Below, piece by piece: positions 1 through 13,800 of a DNA stretch of 64,000 bases (the first letter of the stretch is position 1; the number at the start of each line of letters is the position of its first letter). The translations under genes were made by a program, and so were the position numbers. Under the pieces are notes generated by a model. It did no database searches and had not been told where the DNA came from. It worked only from the letters and a program-made list of their open reading frames with translations. The stretch is from Auanema rhodensis. Lineage: Eukaryota; Animalia; Nematoda. The DNA lies in assembly GCA_964057225.1 (NCBI GenBank), contig OZ059896.1, forward strand, positions 12,090,001 to 12,154,000, written 5' to 3'.

Positions 1-1382
1 TTTTTATTAGCGCATAAGATGTCGATGTGTTTTTCTCCGCATTTGGAGCATGTTCGTTTGCTTGGACATGACTCCGTGTTGTGTGTTTTGCGGAGACAGT
101 TGATGCATCTCTTTTCCTGGTTGAGAATGGTTAGACGCTCCTTCCTCGACTTTGTTGTGTCACAGTCCCATGGGGCGTGAGGTTTCTGGCAGAAGATGCA
201 ACTGGATGTTTTTGCTAGTTTTTTAGCTTCTGGTTTGTTGCGTTGGGAATTGTAGGTGTTCCCTGGTGGTGAGTTGTAGACTCGTGTGATTGGTTTCTCG
301 AACCGATCTGCTGCGAAAATTTTCACCTTGTTTTGGCATCGGATATGTCGCCTTGTGATGTCTACTAGGTCTCTGATGTCAGGTGTTTTTCCCGAGGGGA
401 ATGATTTGTAGATCTCTTGGAGAAGGTTCCCTGGTAGTTTCTTGTGTAAGATAACTACAGCGAGGGAGTTGAGTTCGGCGTTCCTGTTTCCTTCAGTTTG
501 GCGAAAAATGCCTGCGATCTTGTCCATCATGGAGAGGAGGTCATGCTGGTTGGATGTTCTCGCTTGTATCTGGAGAAATTCCAGCATGAGATGTTGTGTG
601 ATGTTGTCGTTATCATCATATAGATCCTGCAGGTGATGTACTGCGCTGAAGTAGTAGTCTTCATCCGTTGGGAATGAAGCTATTTGTGAAGCTGCTTCTC
701 CTGTTAATGACTGGCGAAGGTAGTTAAACTTTTCTATGGTGGGCATGTTCGATGAGTGTATGAGTGTGTGGAACAAGCACCAAAAGTTTTTCCAGCTTTT
801 CACGTTGCCATCGAAGCGTGGGATATCGACAGGTTTGAGTGTTGGCCGTGATCGATATGTTTCCCAGCTTCGAGGTTGTGTGGCGTGTGTGAGTTCAGCA
901 GTTCCAATGAGGTGGTGCTCAGAGGGCTGTGAACTGTCTGTGTGTGTTGGGTCAGGGCTGTTCTCAGTGTGGTTGAGACCCTTCAGGTAGTTGACTTGTT
1001 CTTGTATGTCGTTACTGTATGACAGTAGGGTAGAGATGTGTTTCCGCAGAGTTTCTTCGTTCTTCGTGATCCGACTTTGGTCCTCGGGGCGTAGGTCGGT
1101 TGGGATGTGTTTCATCTCGTCCATCAGTTTGTTGATGGCGAGGATGTCCCCATTGATGTTTGAAATCTCCCTTTCACGGGTGTCAATCATGCTTGGGGTT
1201 TTGTTGGAGGTATTAGTAACTTGACGTACCGCATATGATTTCCTCCTTGCGTCGTTGTCCTTGAGCTTAGCGAGTAATAATGAGCAGCTGCTGTTCCATT
1301 GTTCGGCGCGAGTTTCTTCGTTGGACTCGGCTTGATGCACCATGTCGTTTTGTCCTCTAGTTGGAGAGCGAATAACGGGCAT
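1..1382 (-). CDS. gag: Partial Gag N-terminus (about 460 codons) of the copy-1 polyprotein, running off the window
   Basis: Same frame and ATG (CAT at 1380-1382) as the 2578-aa ORF. No stop or indel seen relative to copy 2. Includes the three Cys-His knuckles. Confidence 0.9.
   Translation of the reverse strand, partial: MPVIRSPTRGQNDMVHQAESNEETRAEQWNSSCSLLLAKLKDNDARRKSYAVRQVTNTSNKTPSMIDTREREISNINGDILAINKLMDEMKHIPTDLRPEDQSRITKNEETLRKHISTLLSYSNDIQEQVNYLKGLNHTENSPDPTHTDSSQPSEHHLIGTAELTHATQPRSWETYRSRPTLKPVDIPRFDGNVKSWKNFWCLFHTLIHSSNMPTIEKFNYLRQSLTGEAASQIASFPTDEDYYFSAVHHLQDLYDDNDNITQHLMLEFLQIQARTSNQHDLLSMMDKIAGIFRQTEGNRNAELNSLAVVILHKKLPGNLLQEIYKSFPSGKTPDIRDLVDITRRHIRCQNKVKIFAADRFEKPITRVYNSPPGNTYNSQRNKPEAKKLAKTSSCIFCQKPHAPWDCDTTKSRKERLTILNQEKRCINCLRKTHNTESCPSKRTCSKCGEKHIDILCANK
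1334..1342 (-). promoter_or_regulatory. Primer-binding site of copy 1 (TGGTGCATC, tRNA-Gly GCC 3' end)
   Basis: Directly abuts the LTR end and is the reverse complement of ...GATGCACCA. Confidence 0.85.
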
Positions 1383-1875
1383 TTGTGGTTCAGTGGTAGT
1401 GGAATATTAGTCCAAGTAATAGGCAATAGACGCGAGTACAAGAGAAGAGTTTATTATCGGCGATACGAATACAATACGAGTAAAATAGAAATAAATTGAC
1501 GGGAAGATGATAGCGGTGGCAGAATGATATTGAGACATGATTTAGAAGAATTATTGCGGGTTTATATACTAGGTCCCCGGAAGTGATAGATAATGTATTA
1601 ATTGTAGAAAGCGAGAGGAGGGGTCTAAATCCTATGTGATTCATCCCCCTTGCAAGTGGGCGACGGCTATCGCGCCTAAGATCTTGCCTAATGGATCAGA
1701 TGGCAAAGGGCGATAGGTGATTCATCGGCAAATCGGCCGTTGGTGACAACTTACAGGATTATCGATTAGATAGTTGAGGATAATGGATAGTACAAAGAGA
1801 GGACAATAAAGAAGTACAATTGAACTTAAACTAAGGAGGAACACTATTATCACGGGATGAGAGTGCTTCAGCACA
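1343..1875 (-). repeat. 5' LTR of copy 1 (533 bp, TG...CA)
   Basis: Matches the other two LTRs with 4-5 substitutions. TATATAAA lies on the minus strand at 1561-1568. Confidence 0.96.
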
Positions 1876-4800
1876 ATATTTCTACCGCTATTTCATAATT
1901 TCATTTTTTAAATTTTTAATCATTAAAAAACATTTAAATTTCAATATTGTGATGCTCAAAAACTGAAACAGTTGAATATTTTGTATTTTCTAAACCATTT
2001 TACTTCATATCTTTCATTTAATTCCATATTTTAAACAATTTTATATTTCTACCACGAATTCATAACTTCATTTTTTAAATTTTTAATCATTAAAAAAAAT
2101 TTAAATTTCAATATTGTGATGCTCAAAAACTGAAACAGTTGAATATTTTGTATTTTCTAAACCATTTTACTCCATCTATTTTATTTAATCCCACATTTCA
2201 AACAATTTTATATTTCTACCGCTATTTCATAATTTCATTTTTTAAATTTTTAATCATTAAAAAACATTTAAATTTCAATATTGTGATGCTCAAAAACTGA
2301 AACATTTAAATATTTTGTATTTTCTAAACCATTTCACTCCATCTCTTTCATTTAATTCCATATTTTAAACAATTTTATATTTCTACCACGAATTCATAAC
2401 TTCATTTTTTAAATTTTTAATCATTAAAAAACATTTAAATTTCAATATTGTGATGCTCAAAAACTGAAACATTTAAATATTTTGTATTTTCTAAACCATT
2501 TCACTCCATCTCTTTCATTTAATTCCATATTTTAAACAATTTTATATTTCTACCACGAATTCATAACTTCATTTTTTAAATTTTTGATCATTAAAAAACA
2601 TTTAAATTTCAATATTGTGATGCTCAAAAACTGAAACAGTTGAATATTTTGTAATTTCTAAACCATTTTACTCCATCGCTTTTATTTAATCCCATATTTT
2701 AAACAATTTTATATTTCTACCGCTATTTCATAATTTCATTTTTTAAATTTTTAATCATTAAAAAACATGTAAATTTCAATATTGTGATGCTCAAAAACTG
2801 AAACAGTTCAATATTTTGTAATTTCTAAACCATTTTACTCCATCGCTTTTATTTAATTCCATATTTTAAACAATTTTATATTTCTACCGCTATTTCATAA
2901 TTTCATTTTTTAAATTTTTAATCATTAAAAAACATTTAAATTTCAATATTGTGATGCTCAAAAACTGAAACATTTAAATATTTTGTATTTTCTAAACCAT
3001 TTCACTCCATCTCTTTCATTTAATTCCATATTTTAAACAATTTTATATTTCTACCGCGAATTCATAACTTCATTTTTTAAATTTTTGATCATTAAAAAAC
3101 ATTTAAATTTCAATGTTGTGATGCTCAAAAACTGAAACAGTTGAATATTTTGTAATTTCTAAACCATTTTACTCCATCTCTTTCATTTAATTCCATATTT
3201 TAAACAATTTTATATTTCTACCACAAATTCATAACTTCATTTTTTAAATTTTTAATCATTAAAAAACATTTAAATTTCAATATTGTGATGCTCAAAAACT
3301 GAAACATTTAAATATTTTGTATTTTCTAAACCATTTCACTCCATCTCTTTCATTTAATTCCATATTTTAAACAATTTTATATTTCTACCACGAATTCATA
3401 ACTTCATTTTTTAAATTTTTGATCATTAAAAAACATTTAAATTTCAATATTGTGATGCTCAAAAACTGAAACAGTTAAATATTTTGTATTTTCTAAACCA
3501 TTTCACTCCATCTCTTTCATTTAATTCCATATTATAAACAATTTTATATTTCTACCACGAATTCATAACTTCATTTTTTAAATTTTTAATCATTAAAAAA
3601 CATTTAAATTTCAATATTGTGATGCTCAAAAACTGAAACATTTAAATATTTTGTATTTTCTAAACCATTTTACTCCATCGCTTTTATTTAATCCCATATT
3701 TTAAACAATTTTATATTTCTACCACGAATTCATAACTTCATTTTTTAAATTTTTGATCATTAAAAAACATTTAAATTTCAATATTGTGATGCTCAAAAAC
3801 TGAAACAGTTGAATATTTTGTATTTTCTAAACCATTTTACTCCATCGCTTTTATATTTCTACCGCTATTTCATAAATTCATTTTTTAAATTTTTAATCAT
3901 TAAAAAACATATAAATTTCAATATTGTGATGCTCAAAAACTGAAACATTTAAATATTTTGTATTTTCTAAACCATTTCACTCCATCTCTTTCATTTAATT
4001 CCATATTTTAAACAATTTTATATTTCTACCACGAATTCATAACTTCATTTTTTAAATTTTTGATCATTAAAAAACATTTAAATTTCAATATTGTGATGCT
4101 CAAAAACTGAAACAGTTGAATATTTTGTATTTTCTAAACCATTTCACTCCATCTCTTCCATTTAATTCCATATTTTAAACAATTTTATATTTCTACCACG
4201 AATTCATATTTTCATTTTTTAAATTTTTAATCATTAAAAAACATTTAAATTTCAATATTGTGATGCTCAAAAACTAAAACAGTTGAATATTTTGTAATTT
4301 CTAAACCATTTTACTCCATCGCTTTTATTTAATCCCATATTTTAAACAATTTTATATTTCTACCACGAATTCATAACTTCATTTTTTAAATTTTTAATCA
4401 TTAAAAAACATTTAAATTTCAATATTGTGATGCTCAAAAACTGAAACAGTTGAATATTTTGTAATTTCTAAACCATTTTACTCCATCTCTTTCATTTAAT
4501 TCCATATTTTAAACAATTTTATATTTCTACCACGAATTCATAACTTCATTTTTTAAATTTTTAATCATTAAAAAACATTTAAATTTCAATATTGTGATGC
4601 TCAAAAACTGAAACAGTTGAATATTTTGTATTTTCTAAACCATTTTACTCCATCTATTTTATTTAATCCCATATTTTAAACAATTTTATATTTCTACCGC
4701 TATTTCATAATTTCATTTTTTAAATTTTTAATCATTAAAAAACATTTAAATTTCAATATTGTGATGCTCAAAAACTGAAACATTTAAATATTTTGTATTT

Positions 4801-7800
4801 TCTAAACCATTTCACTCCATCTCTTTCATTTAATTCCATATTTTAAACAATTTTTTATTTCTACCACGAATTCATAACTTCATTTTTTAAATTTTTGATC
4901 ATTAAAAAACATTTAAATTTCAATATTGTGATGCTCAAAAACTAAAACAGTTGAATATTTTGTATTTTCTAAACCATTTTACTCCATCGCTTTTATTTAA
5001 TTCCATATTTTAAACAATTTTATATTTCTACCACGAATTCATAATTTCACTTTTTAAATTTTTAATCATTAAAAAACATTTAAATTTCAATATTGTGATG
5101 CTCAAAAACTGAAACAGTTGAATATTTTGTGTTTTCTAAACCATTTTACTCCATCTATTTCATTTAATCCCACATTTTAAACAATTTTATATTTCTACCA
5201 CGAATTCATAACTTCATTTTTTAAATTTTTAATCATTAAAAAAAATTCAAATTTCAATATTGTGATGCTCAAAAACTGAAACAGTTGAATATTTTGTATT
5301 TTCTAAACCATTTTACTTCATATCTTTCATTTAATTCCATATTTTAAACAATTTTATATTTCTACCACGAATTCATAACTTCATTTTTTAAATTTTTAAT
5401 CATTAAAAAAAATTCAAATTTCAATATTGTGATGCTCAAAAACTGAAACAGTTGAATATTTTGTATTTTCTAAACCATTTTACTTCATATCTTTCATTTA
5501 ATTCCATATTTTAAACAATTTTATATTTCTACCACGAATTCATAACTTCATTTTTTAAATTTTTAATCATTAAAAAAAATTTAAATTTCAATATTGTGAT
5601 GCTCAAAAACTGAAACATTTAAATATTTTGTATTTTCTAAACCATTTCACTCCATCTCTTTCATTTAATTCCATATTTTAAACAATTTTATATTTCTACC
5701 ACGAACTCATAACTTCATTTTTTAAATTTTTGATCATTAAAAAACATTTAAATTTCAATATTGTGATGCTCAAAAACTAAAACAGTTGAATATTTTGTAT
5801 TTTCTAAACCATTTTACTCCATCGCTTTTATTTAATCCCATATTTTAAACAATTTTATATTTCTACCGCTGTTTCATAAATTCATTTTTTAAATTTTTAA
5901 TCATTAAAAAACATATAAATTTCAATATTGTGATGCTCAAAAACTGAAACATTTAAATATTTTGTATTTTCTAAACCATTTCACTCCATCTCTTTCATTT
6001 AATTCCATATTTTAAACAATTTTATATTTCTACCACGAATTCATAACTTCATTTTTTAAATTTTTAATCATTAAAAAACATTTAAATTTCAATATTGTGA
6101 TGCTCAAAAACTGAAACATTTAAATAATTTTTATTTTCTAAACCATTTCACTCCATCTCTTTCATTTAATTCCATATTTTAAACCATTTTATATTTCTAC
6201 CGCTATTTCATAAATTCATTTTTTAAATTTTTAATCATTAAAAAACATATAAATTTCAATATTGTGATGCTCAAAAACTGAAACATTTAAATATTTTGTA
6301 TTTTCTAAACCATTTCACTCCATCTCTTTCATTTAATTCCATATTATAAACAATTTTATATTTCTACCACGAATTCATAACTTCATTTTTTAAATTTTTA
6401 ATCATTAAAAAACATTTAAATTTCAATATTGTGATGCTCAAAAACTGAAACAGTTAAATATTTTGTATTTTCTAAACCATTTTACTTCATATCTTTCATT
6501 TAATTCCATATTTTAAACAATTTTATATTTCTACCACGAATTCATAACTTCATTTTTTAAATTTTTAATCATTAAAAAACATTTAAATTTCAATATTGTG
6601 ATGCTCAAAAACTGAAACAGTTGAATATTTTGTATTTTCTAAACCATTTTACTTCATATCTTTCATTTAATTCCATATTTTAAACAATTTTATATTTCTA
6701 CCACGAATTCATAACTTCATTTTTTAAATTTTTAATCATTAAAAAACATTTAAATTTCAATATTGTGATGCTCAAAAACTAAAACAGTTGAATATTTTGT
6801 AATTTCTAAACCATTTTACTCCATCGCTTTTATTTAATCCCATATTTTAAACAATTTTATATTTCTACCGCTATTTCATAATTTCATTTTTTAAATTTTT
6901 AATCATTAAAAAACATTTAAATTTCAATATTGTGATGCTCAAAAACTGAAACAGTTGAATATTTTGTATTTTCTAAACCATTTTACTTCATATCTTTCAT
7001 TTAATTCCATATTTTAAACAATTTTATATTTCTACCACGAATTCATAACTTCATTTTTTAAATTTTTAATCATTAAAAAAAATTTAAATTTCAATATTGT
7101 GATGCTCAAAAACTGAAACAGTTGAATATTTTGTATTTTCTAAACCATTTTACTCCATCTATTTTATTTAATCCCACATTTCAAACAATTTTATATTTCT
7201 ACCGCTATTTCATAATTTCATTTTTTAAATTTTTAATCATTAAAAAACATTTAAATTTCAATATTGTGATGCTCAAAAACTGAAACATTTAAATATTTTG
7301 TATTTTCTAAACCATTTCACTCCATCTCTTTCATTTAATTCCATATTTTAAACAATTTTATATTTCTACCACGAATTCATAACTTCATTTTTTAAATTTT
7401 TAATCATTAAAAAACATTTAAATTTCAATATTGTGATGCTCAAAAACTGAAACATTTAAATATTTTGTATTTTCTAAACCATTTCACTCCATCTCTTTCA
7501 TTTAATTCCATATTTTAAACAATTTTATATTTCTACCACGAATTCATAACTTCATTTTTTAAATTTTTGATCATTAAAAAACATTTAAATTTCAATATTG
7601 TGATGCTCAAAAACTGAAACAGTTGAATATTTTGTAATTTCTAAACCATTTTACTCCATCGCTTTTATTTAATCCCATATTTTAAACAATTTTATATTTC
7701 TACCGCTATTTCATAATTTCATTTTTTAAATTTTTAATCATTAAAAAACATTTAAATTTCAATATTGTGATGCTCAAAAACTGAAACAGTTCAATATTTT

Positions 7801-10800
7801 GTAATTTCTAAACCATTTTACTCCATCGCTTTTATTTAATTCCATATTTTAAACAATTTTATATTTCTACCGCTATTTCATAATTTCATTTTTTAAATTT
7901 TTAATCATTAAAAAACATTTAAATTTCAATATTGTGATGCTCAAAAACTGAAACATTTAAATATTTTGTATTTTCTAAACCATTTCACTCCATCTCTTTC
8001 ATTTAATTCCATATTTTAAACAATTTTATATTTCTACCGCGAATTCATAACTTCATTTTTTAAATTTTTGATCATTAAAAAACATTTAAATTTCAATGTT
8101 GTGATGCTCAAAAACTGAAACAGTTGAATATTTTGTAATTTCTAAACCATTTTACTCCATCTCTTTCATTTAATTCCATATTTTAAACAATTTTATATTT
8201 CTACCACAAATTCATAACTTCATTTTTTAAATTTTTAATCATTAAAAAACATTTAAATTTCAATATTGTGATGCTCAAAAACTGAAACATTTAAATATTT
8301 TGTATTTTCTAAACCATTTCACTCCATCTCTTTCATTTAATTCCATATTTTAAACAATTTTATATTTCTACCACGAATTCATAACTTCATTTTTTAAATT
8401 TTTGATCATTAAAAAACATTTAAATTTCAATATTGTGATGCTCAAAAACTGAAACAGTTAAATATTTTGTATTTTCTAAACCATTTCACTCCATCTCTTT
8501 CATTTAATTCCATATTATAAACAATTTTATATTTCTACCACGAATTCATAACTTCATTTTTTAAATTTTTAATCATTAAAAAACATTTAAATTTCAATAT
8601 TGTGATGCTCAAAAACTGAAACATTTAAATATTTTGTATTTTCTAAACCATTTTACTCCATCGCTTTTATTTAATCCCATATTTTAAACAATTTTAAGTT
8701 TCTACCACGAATTCATAACTTCATTTTTTAAATTTTTGATCATTAAAAAACATTTAAATTTCAATATTGTGATGCTCAAAAACTGAAACAGTTGAATATT
8801 TTGTATTTTCTAAACCATTTTACTCCATCGCTTTTATATTTCTACCGCTATTTCATAAATTCATTTTTTAAATTTTTAATCATTAAAAAACATATAAATT
8901 TCAATATTGTGATGCTCAAAAACTGAAACATTTAAATATTTTGTATTTTCTAAACCATTTCACTCCATCTCTTTCATTTAATTCCATATTTTAAACAATT
9001 TTATATTTCTACCACGAATTCATAACTTCATTTTTTAAATTTTTGATCATTAAAAAACATTTAAATTTCAATATTGTGATGCTCAAAAACTGAAACATTT
9101 AAATATTTTGTATTTTCTAAACCATTTCACTCCATCTCTTTCATTTAATTCCATATTTTAAACAATTTTATATTTCTACCACGAATTCATAACTTCATTT
9201 TTTAAATTTTTAATCATTAAAAAACATTTAAATTTCAATATTGTGATGCTCAAAAACTGAAACATTTAAATAATTTTTATTTTCTAAACCATTTCACTCC
9301 ATCTCTTTCATTTAATTCCATATTTTAAACCATTTTATATTTCTACCGCTATTTCATAAATTCATTTTTTAAATTTTTAATCATTAAAAAACATATAAAT
9401 TTCAATATTGTGATGCTCAAAAACTGAAACATTTAAATATTTTGTATTTTCTAAACCATTTCACTCCATCTCTTTCATTTAATTCCATATTATAAACAAT
9501 TTTATATTTCTACCACGAATTCATAACTTCATTTTTTAAATTTTTAATCATTAAAAAACATTTAAATTTCAATATTGTGATGCTCAAAAACTGAAACAGT
9601 TAAATATTTTGTATTTTCTAAACCATTTTACTTCATATCTTTCATTTAATTCCATATTTTAAACAATTTTATATTTCTACCACGAATTCATAACTTCATT
9701 TTTTAAATTTTTAATCATTAAAAAACATTTAAATTTCAATATTGTGATGCTCAAAAACTGAAACAGTTGAATATTTTGTATTTTCTAAACCATTTTACTT
9801 CATATCTTTCATTTAATTCCATATTTTAAACAATTTTATATTTCTACCACGAATTCATAATTTCACTTTTTAAATTTTTAATCATTAAAAAACATTTAAA
9901 TTTCAATATTGTGATGCTCAAAAACTGAAACAGTTGAATATTTTGTATTTTCTAAACCATTTTACTTCATATCTTTCATTTAATTCCATATTTTAAACAA
10001 TTTTATATTTCTACCACGAATTCATAACTTCATTTTTTAAATTTTTAATCATTAAAAAACATTTAAATTTCAATATTGTGATGCTCAAAAACTAAAACAG
10101 TTGAATATTTTGTAATTTCTAAACCATTTTACTCCATCGCTTTTATTTAATCCCATATTTTAAACAATTTTATATTTCTACCGCTATTTCATAATTTCAT
10201 TTTTTAAATTTTTAATCATTAAAAAACATTTAAATTTCAATATTGTGATGCTCAAAAACTGAAACAGTTGAATATTTTGTATTTTCTAAACCATTTTACT
10301 TCATATCTTTCATTTAATTCCATATTTTAAACAATTTTATATTTCTACCACGAATTCATAACTTCATTTTTTAAATTTTTAATCATTAAAAAAAATTTAA
10401 ATTTCAATATTGTGATGCTCAAAAACTGAAACAGTTGAATATTTTGTATTTTCTAAACCATTTTACTCCATCTATTTTATTTAATCCCACATTTCAAACA
10501 ATTTTATATTTCTACCGCTATTTCATAATTTCATTTTTTAAATTTTTAATCATTAAAAAACATTTAAATTTCAATATTGTGATGCTCAAAAACTGAAACA
10601 TTTAAATATTTTGTATTTTCTAAACCATTTCACTCCATCTCTTTCATTTAATTCCATATTTTAAACAATTTTATATTTCTACCACGAATTCATAACTTCA
10701 TTTTTTAAATTTTTAATCATTAAAAAACATTTAAATTTCAATATTGTGATGCTCAAAAACTGAAACATTTAAATATTTTGTATTTTCTAAACCATTTCAC

Positions 10801-13800
10801 TCCATCTCTTTCATTTAATTCCATATTTTAAACAATTTTATATTTCTACCACGAATTCATAACTTCATTTTTTAAATTTTTGATCATTAAAAAACATTTA
10901 AATTTCAATATTGTGATGCTCAAAAACTGAAACAGTTGAATATTTTGTAATTTCTAAACCATTTTACTCCATCGCTTTTATTTAATCCCATATTTTAAAC
11001 AATTTTATATTTCTACCGCTATTTCATAATTTCATTTTTTAAATTTTTAATCATTAAAAAACATTTAAATTTCAATATTGTGATGCTCAAAAACTAAAAC
11101 AGTTGAATATTTTGTAATTTCTAAACCATTTTACTCCATCGCTTTTATTTAATCCCATATTTTAAACAATTTTATATTTCTACCACGAATTCATAACTTC
11201 ATTTTTTAAATTTTTAATCATTAAAAAACATTTAAATTTCAATATTGTGATGCTCAAAAACTGAAACAGTTGAATATTTTGTAATTTCTAAACCATTTTA
11301 CTCCATCGCTTTTATTTAATCCCATATTTTAAACAATTTTATATTTCTACCGCTATTTCATAATTTCATTTTTTAAATTTTTAATCATTAAAAAACATTT
11401 AAATTTCAATATTTTGATGCTCAAAAACTGAAACATTTAAATATTTTGTATTTTCTAAACCATTTCACTCCATCTCTTTCATTTAATTCCATATTTTAAA
11501 CAATTTTATATTTCTACCACGAATTCATAACTTCATTTTTTAAATTTTTAATCATTAAAAAACATTTAAATTTCAATATTGTGATGCTCAAAAACTGAAA
11601 CAGTTGAATATTTTGTATTTTCTAAACCATTTTACTCCATCTATTTTATTTAATCCCATATTTTAAACAATTTTATATTTCTACCGCTATTTCATAATTT
11701 CATTTTTTAAATTTTTAATCATTAAAAAACATTTAAATTTCAATATTGTGGTGCTCAAAAACTGAAACATTTAAATATTTTGTATTTTCTAAACCATTTC
11801 ACTCCATCTCTTTCATTTAATTCCATATTTTAAACAATTTTTTATTTCTACCACGAATTCATAACTTCATTTTTTAAATTTTTGATCATCAAAAAACATT
11901 TAAATTTCAATATTGTGATGCTCAAAAACTAAAACAGTTGAATATTTTGTATTTTCTAAACCATTTTACTCCATCGCTTTTATTTAATTCCATATTTTAA
12001 ACAATTTTATATTTCTACCACGAATTCATAATTTCACTTTTTAAATTTTTAATCATTAAAAAACATTTAAATTTCAATATTGTGATGCTCAAAAACTGAA
12101 ACAGTTGAATATTTTGTGTTTTCTAAACCATTTTACTCCATCTATTTCATTTAATCCCACATTTTAAACAATTTTATATTTCTACCGCTATTTCATAATT
12201 TCATTTTTTAAATTTTTAATCATTAAAAAACATTCAAATTTCAATATTGTGATGCTCAAAAACTGAAACAGTTGAATATTTTGTATTTTCTAAACCATTT
12301 TACTTCATATCTTTCATTTAATTCCATATTTTAAACAATTTTATATTTCTACCACGAATTCATAACTTCATTTTTTAAATTTTTAATCATTAAAAAAAAT
12401 TCAAATTTCAATATTGTGATGCTCAAAAACTGAAACAGTTGAATATTTTGTATTTTCTAAACCATTTTACTTCATATCTTTCATTTAATTCCATATTTTA
12501 AACAATTTTATATTTCTACCACGAATTCATAACTTCATTTTTTAAATTTTTAATCATTAAAAAAAATTTAAATTTCAATATTGTGATGCTCAAAAACTGA
12601 AACATTTAAATATTTTGTATTTTCTAAACCATTTCACTCCATCTCTTTCATTTAATTCCATATTTTAAACAATTTTATATTTCTACCACGAACTCATAAC
12701 TTCATTTTTTAAATTTTTGATCATTAAAAAACATTTAAATTTCAATATTGTGATGCTCAAAAACTGAAACATTTAAATATTTTGTATTTTCTAAACCATT
12801 TCACTCCATCTCTTTCATTTAATTCCATATTTTAAACAATTTTATATTTCTACCACGAATTCATAACTTCATTTTTTAAATTTTTGATCATTAAAAAAAA
12901 TTTAAATTTCAATATTGTGATGCTCAAAAACTGAAACAGTTGAATATTTTGTATTTTCTAAACCATTTTACTCCATCTATTTTATTTAATCCCACATTTC
13001 AAACAATTTTATATTTCTACCGCTATTTCATAATTTCATTTTTTAAATTTTTAATCATTAAAAAACATTTAAATTTCAATATTGTGATGCTCAAAAACTG
13101 AAACATTTAAATAATTTTTATTTTCTAAACCATTTCACTCCATCTCTTTCATTTAATTCCATATTTTAAACAATTTTATATTTCTACCACGAATTCATAA
13201 CTTCATTTTTTAAATTTTTGATCATTAAAAAAAATTTAAATTTCAATATTGTGATGCTCAAAAACTGAAACAGTTGAATATTTTGTATTTTCTAAACCAT
13301 TTTACTCCATCTATTTTATTTAATCCCACATTTCAAACAATTTTATATTTCTACCGCTATTTCATAATTTCATTTTTTAAATTTTTAATCATTAAAAAAC
13401 ATTTAAATTTCAATATTGTGATGCTCAAAAACTGAAACATTTAAATATTTTGTATTTTCTAAACCATTTCACTCCATCTCTTTCATTTAATTCCATATTT
13501 TAAACAATTTTATATTTCTACCACGAATTCATAACTTCATTTTTTAAATTTTTAATCATTAAAAAACATTTAAATTTCAATATTGTGATGCTCAAAAACT
13601 GAAACATTTAAATATTTTGTATTTTCTAAACCATTTCACTCCATCTCTTTCATTTAATTCCATATTTTAAACAATTTTATATTTCTACCACGAATTCATA
13701 ACTTCATTTTTTAAATTTTTGATCATTAAAAAACATTTAAATTTCAATATTGTGATGCTCAAAAACTGAAACAGTTGAATATTTTGTAATTTCTAAACCA

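Larger units (their letters stand above)
1..1875 (-). mobile_element. BEL/Pao LTR retroelement, copy 1 (5' LTR, PBS and gag; the rest lies beyond the window start)
   Basis: Nearly identical to 54098-55972 (offset 54097), with about 10 substitutions seen by eye. The LTR ends ...CAGCACA at 1875 and satellite begins immediately after (ATATT, candidate TSD). Confidence 0.96.

Noticed and set aside
1-1875. Copy 1 as a segmental duplicate or assembly echo of copy 2
   Set aside because: It has a different satellite junction and about 10 substitutions.
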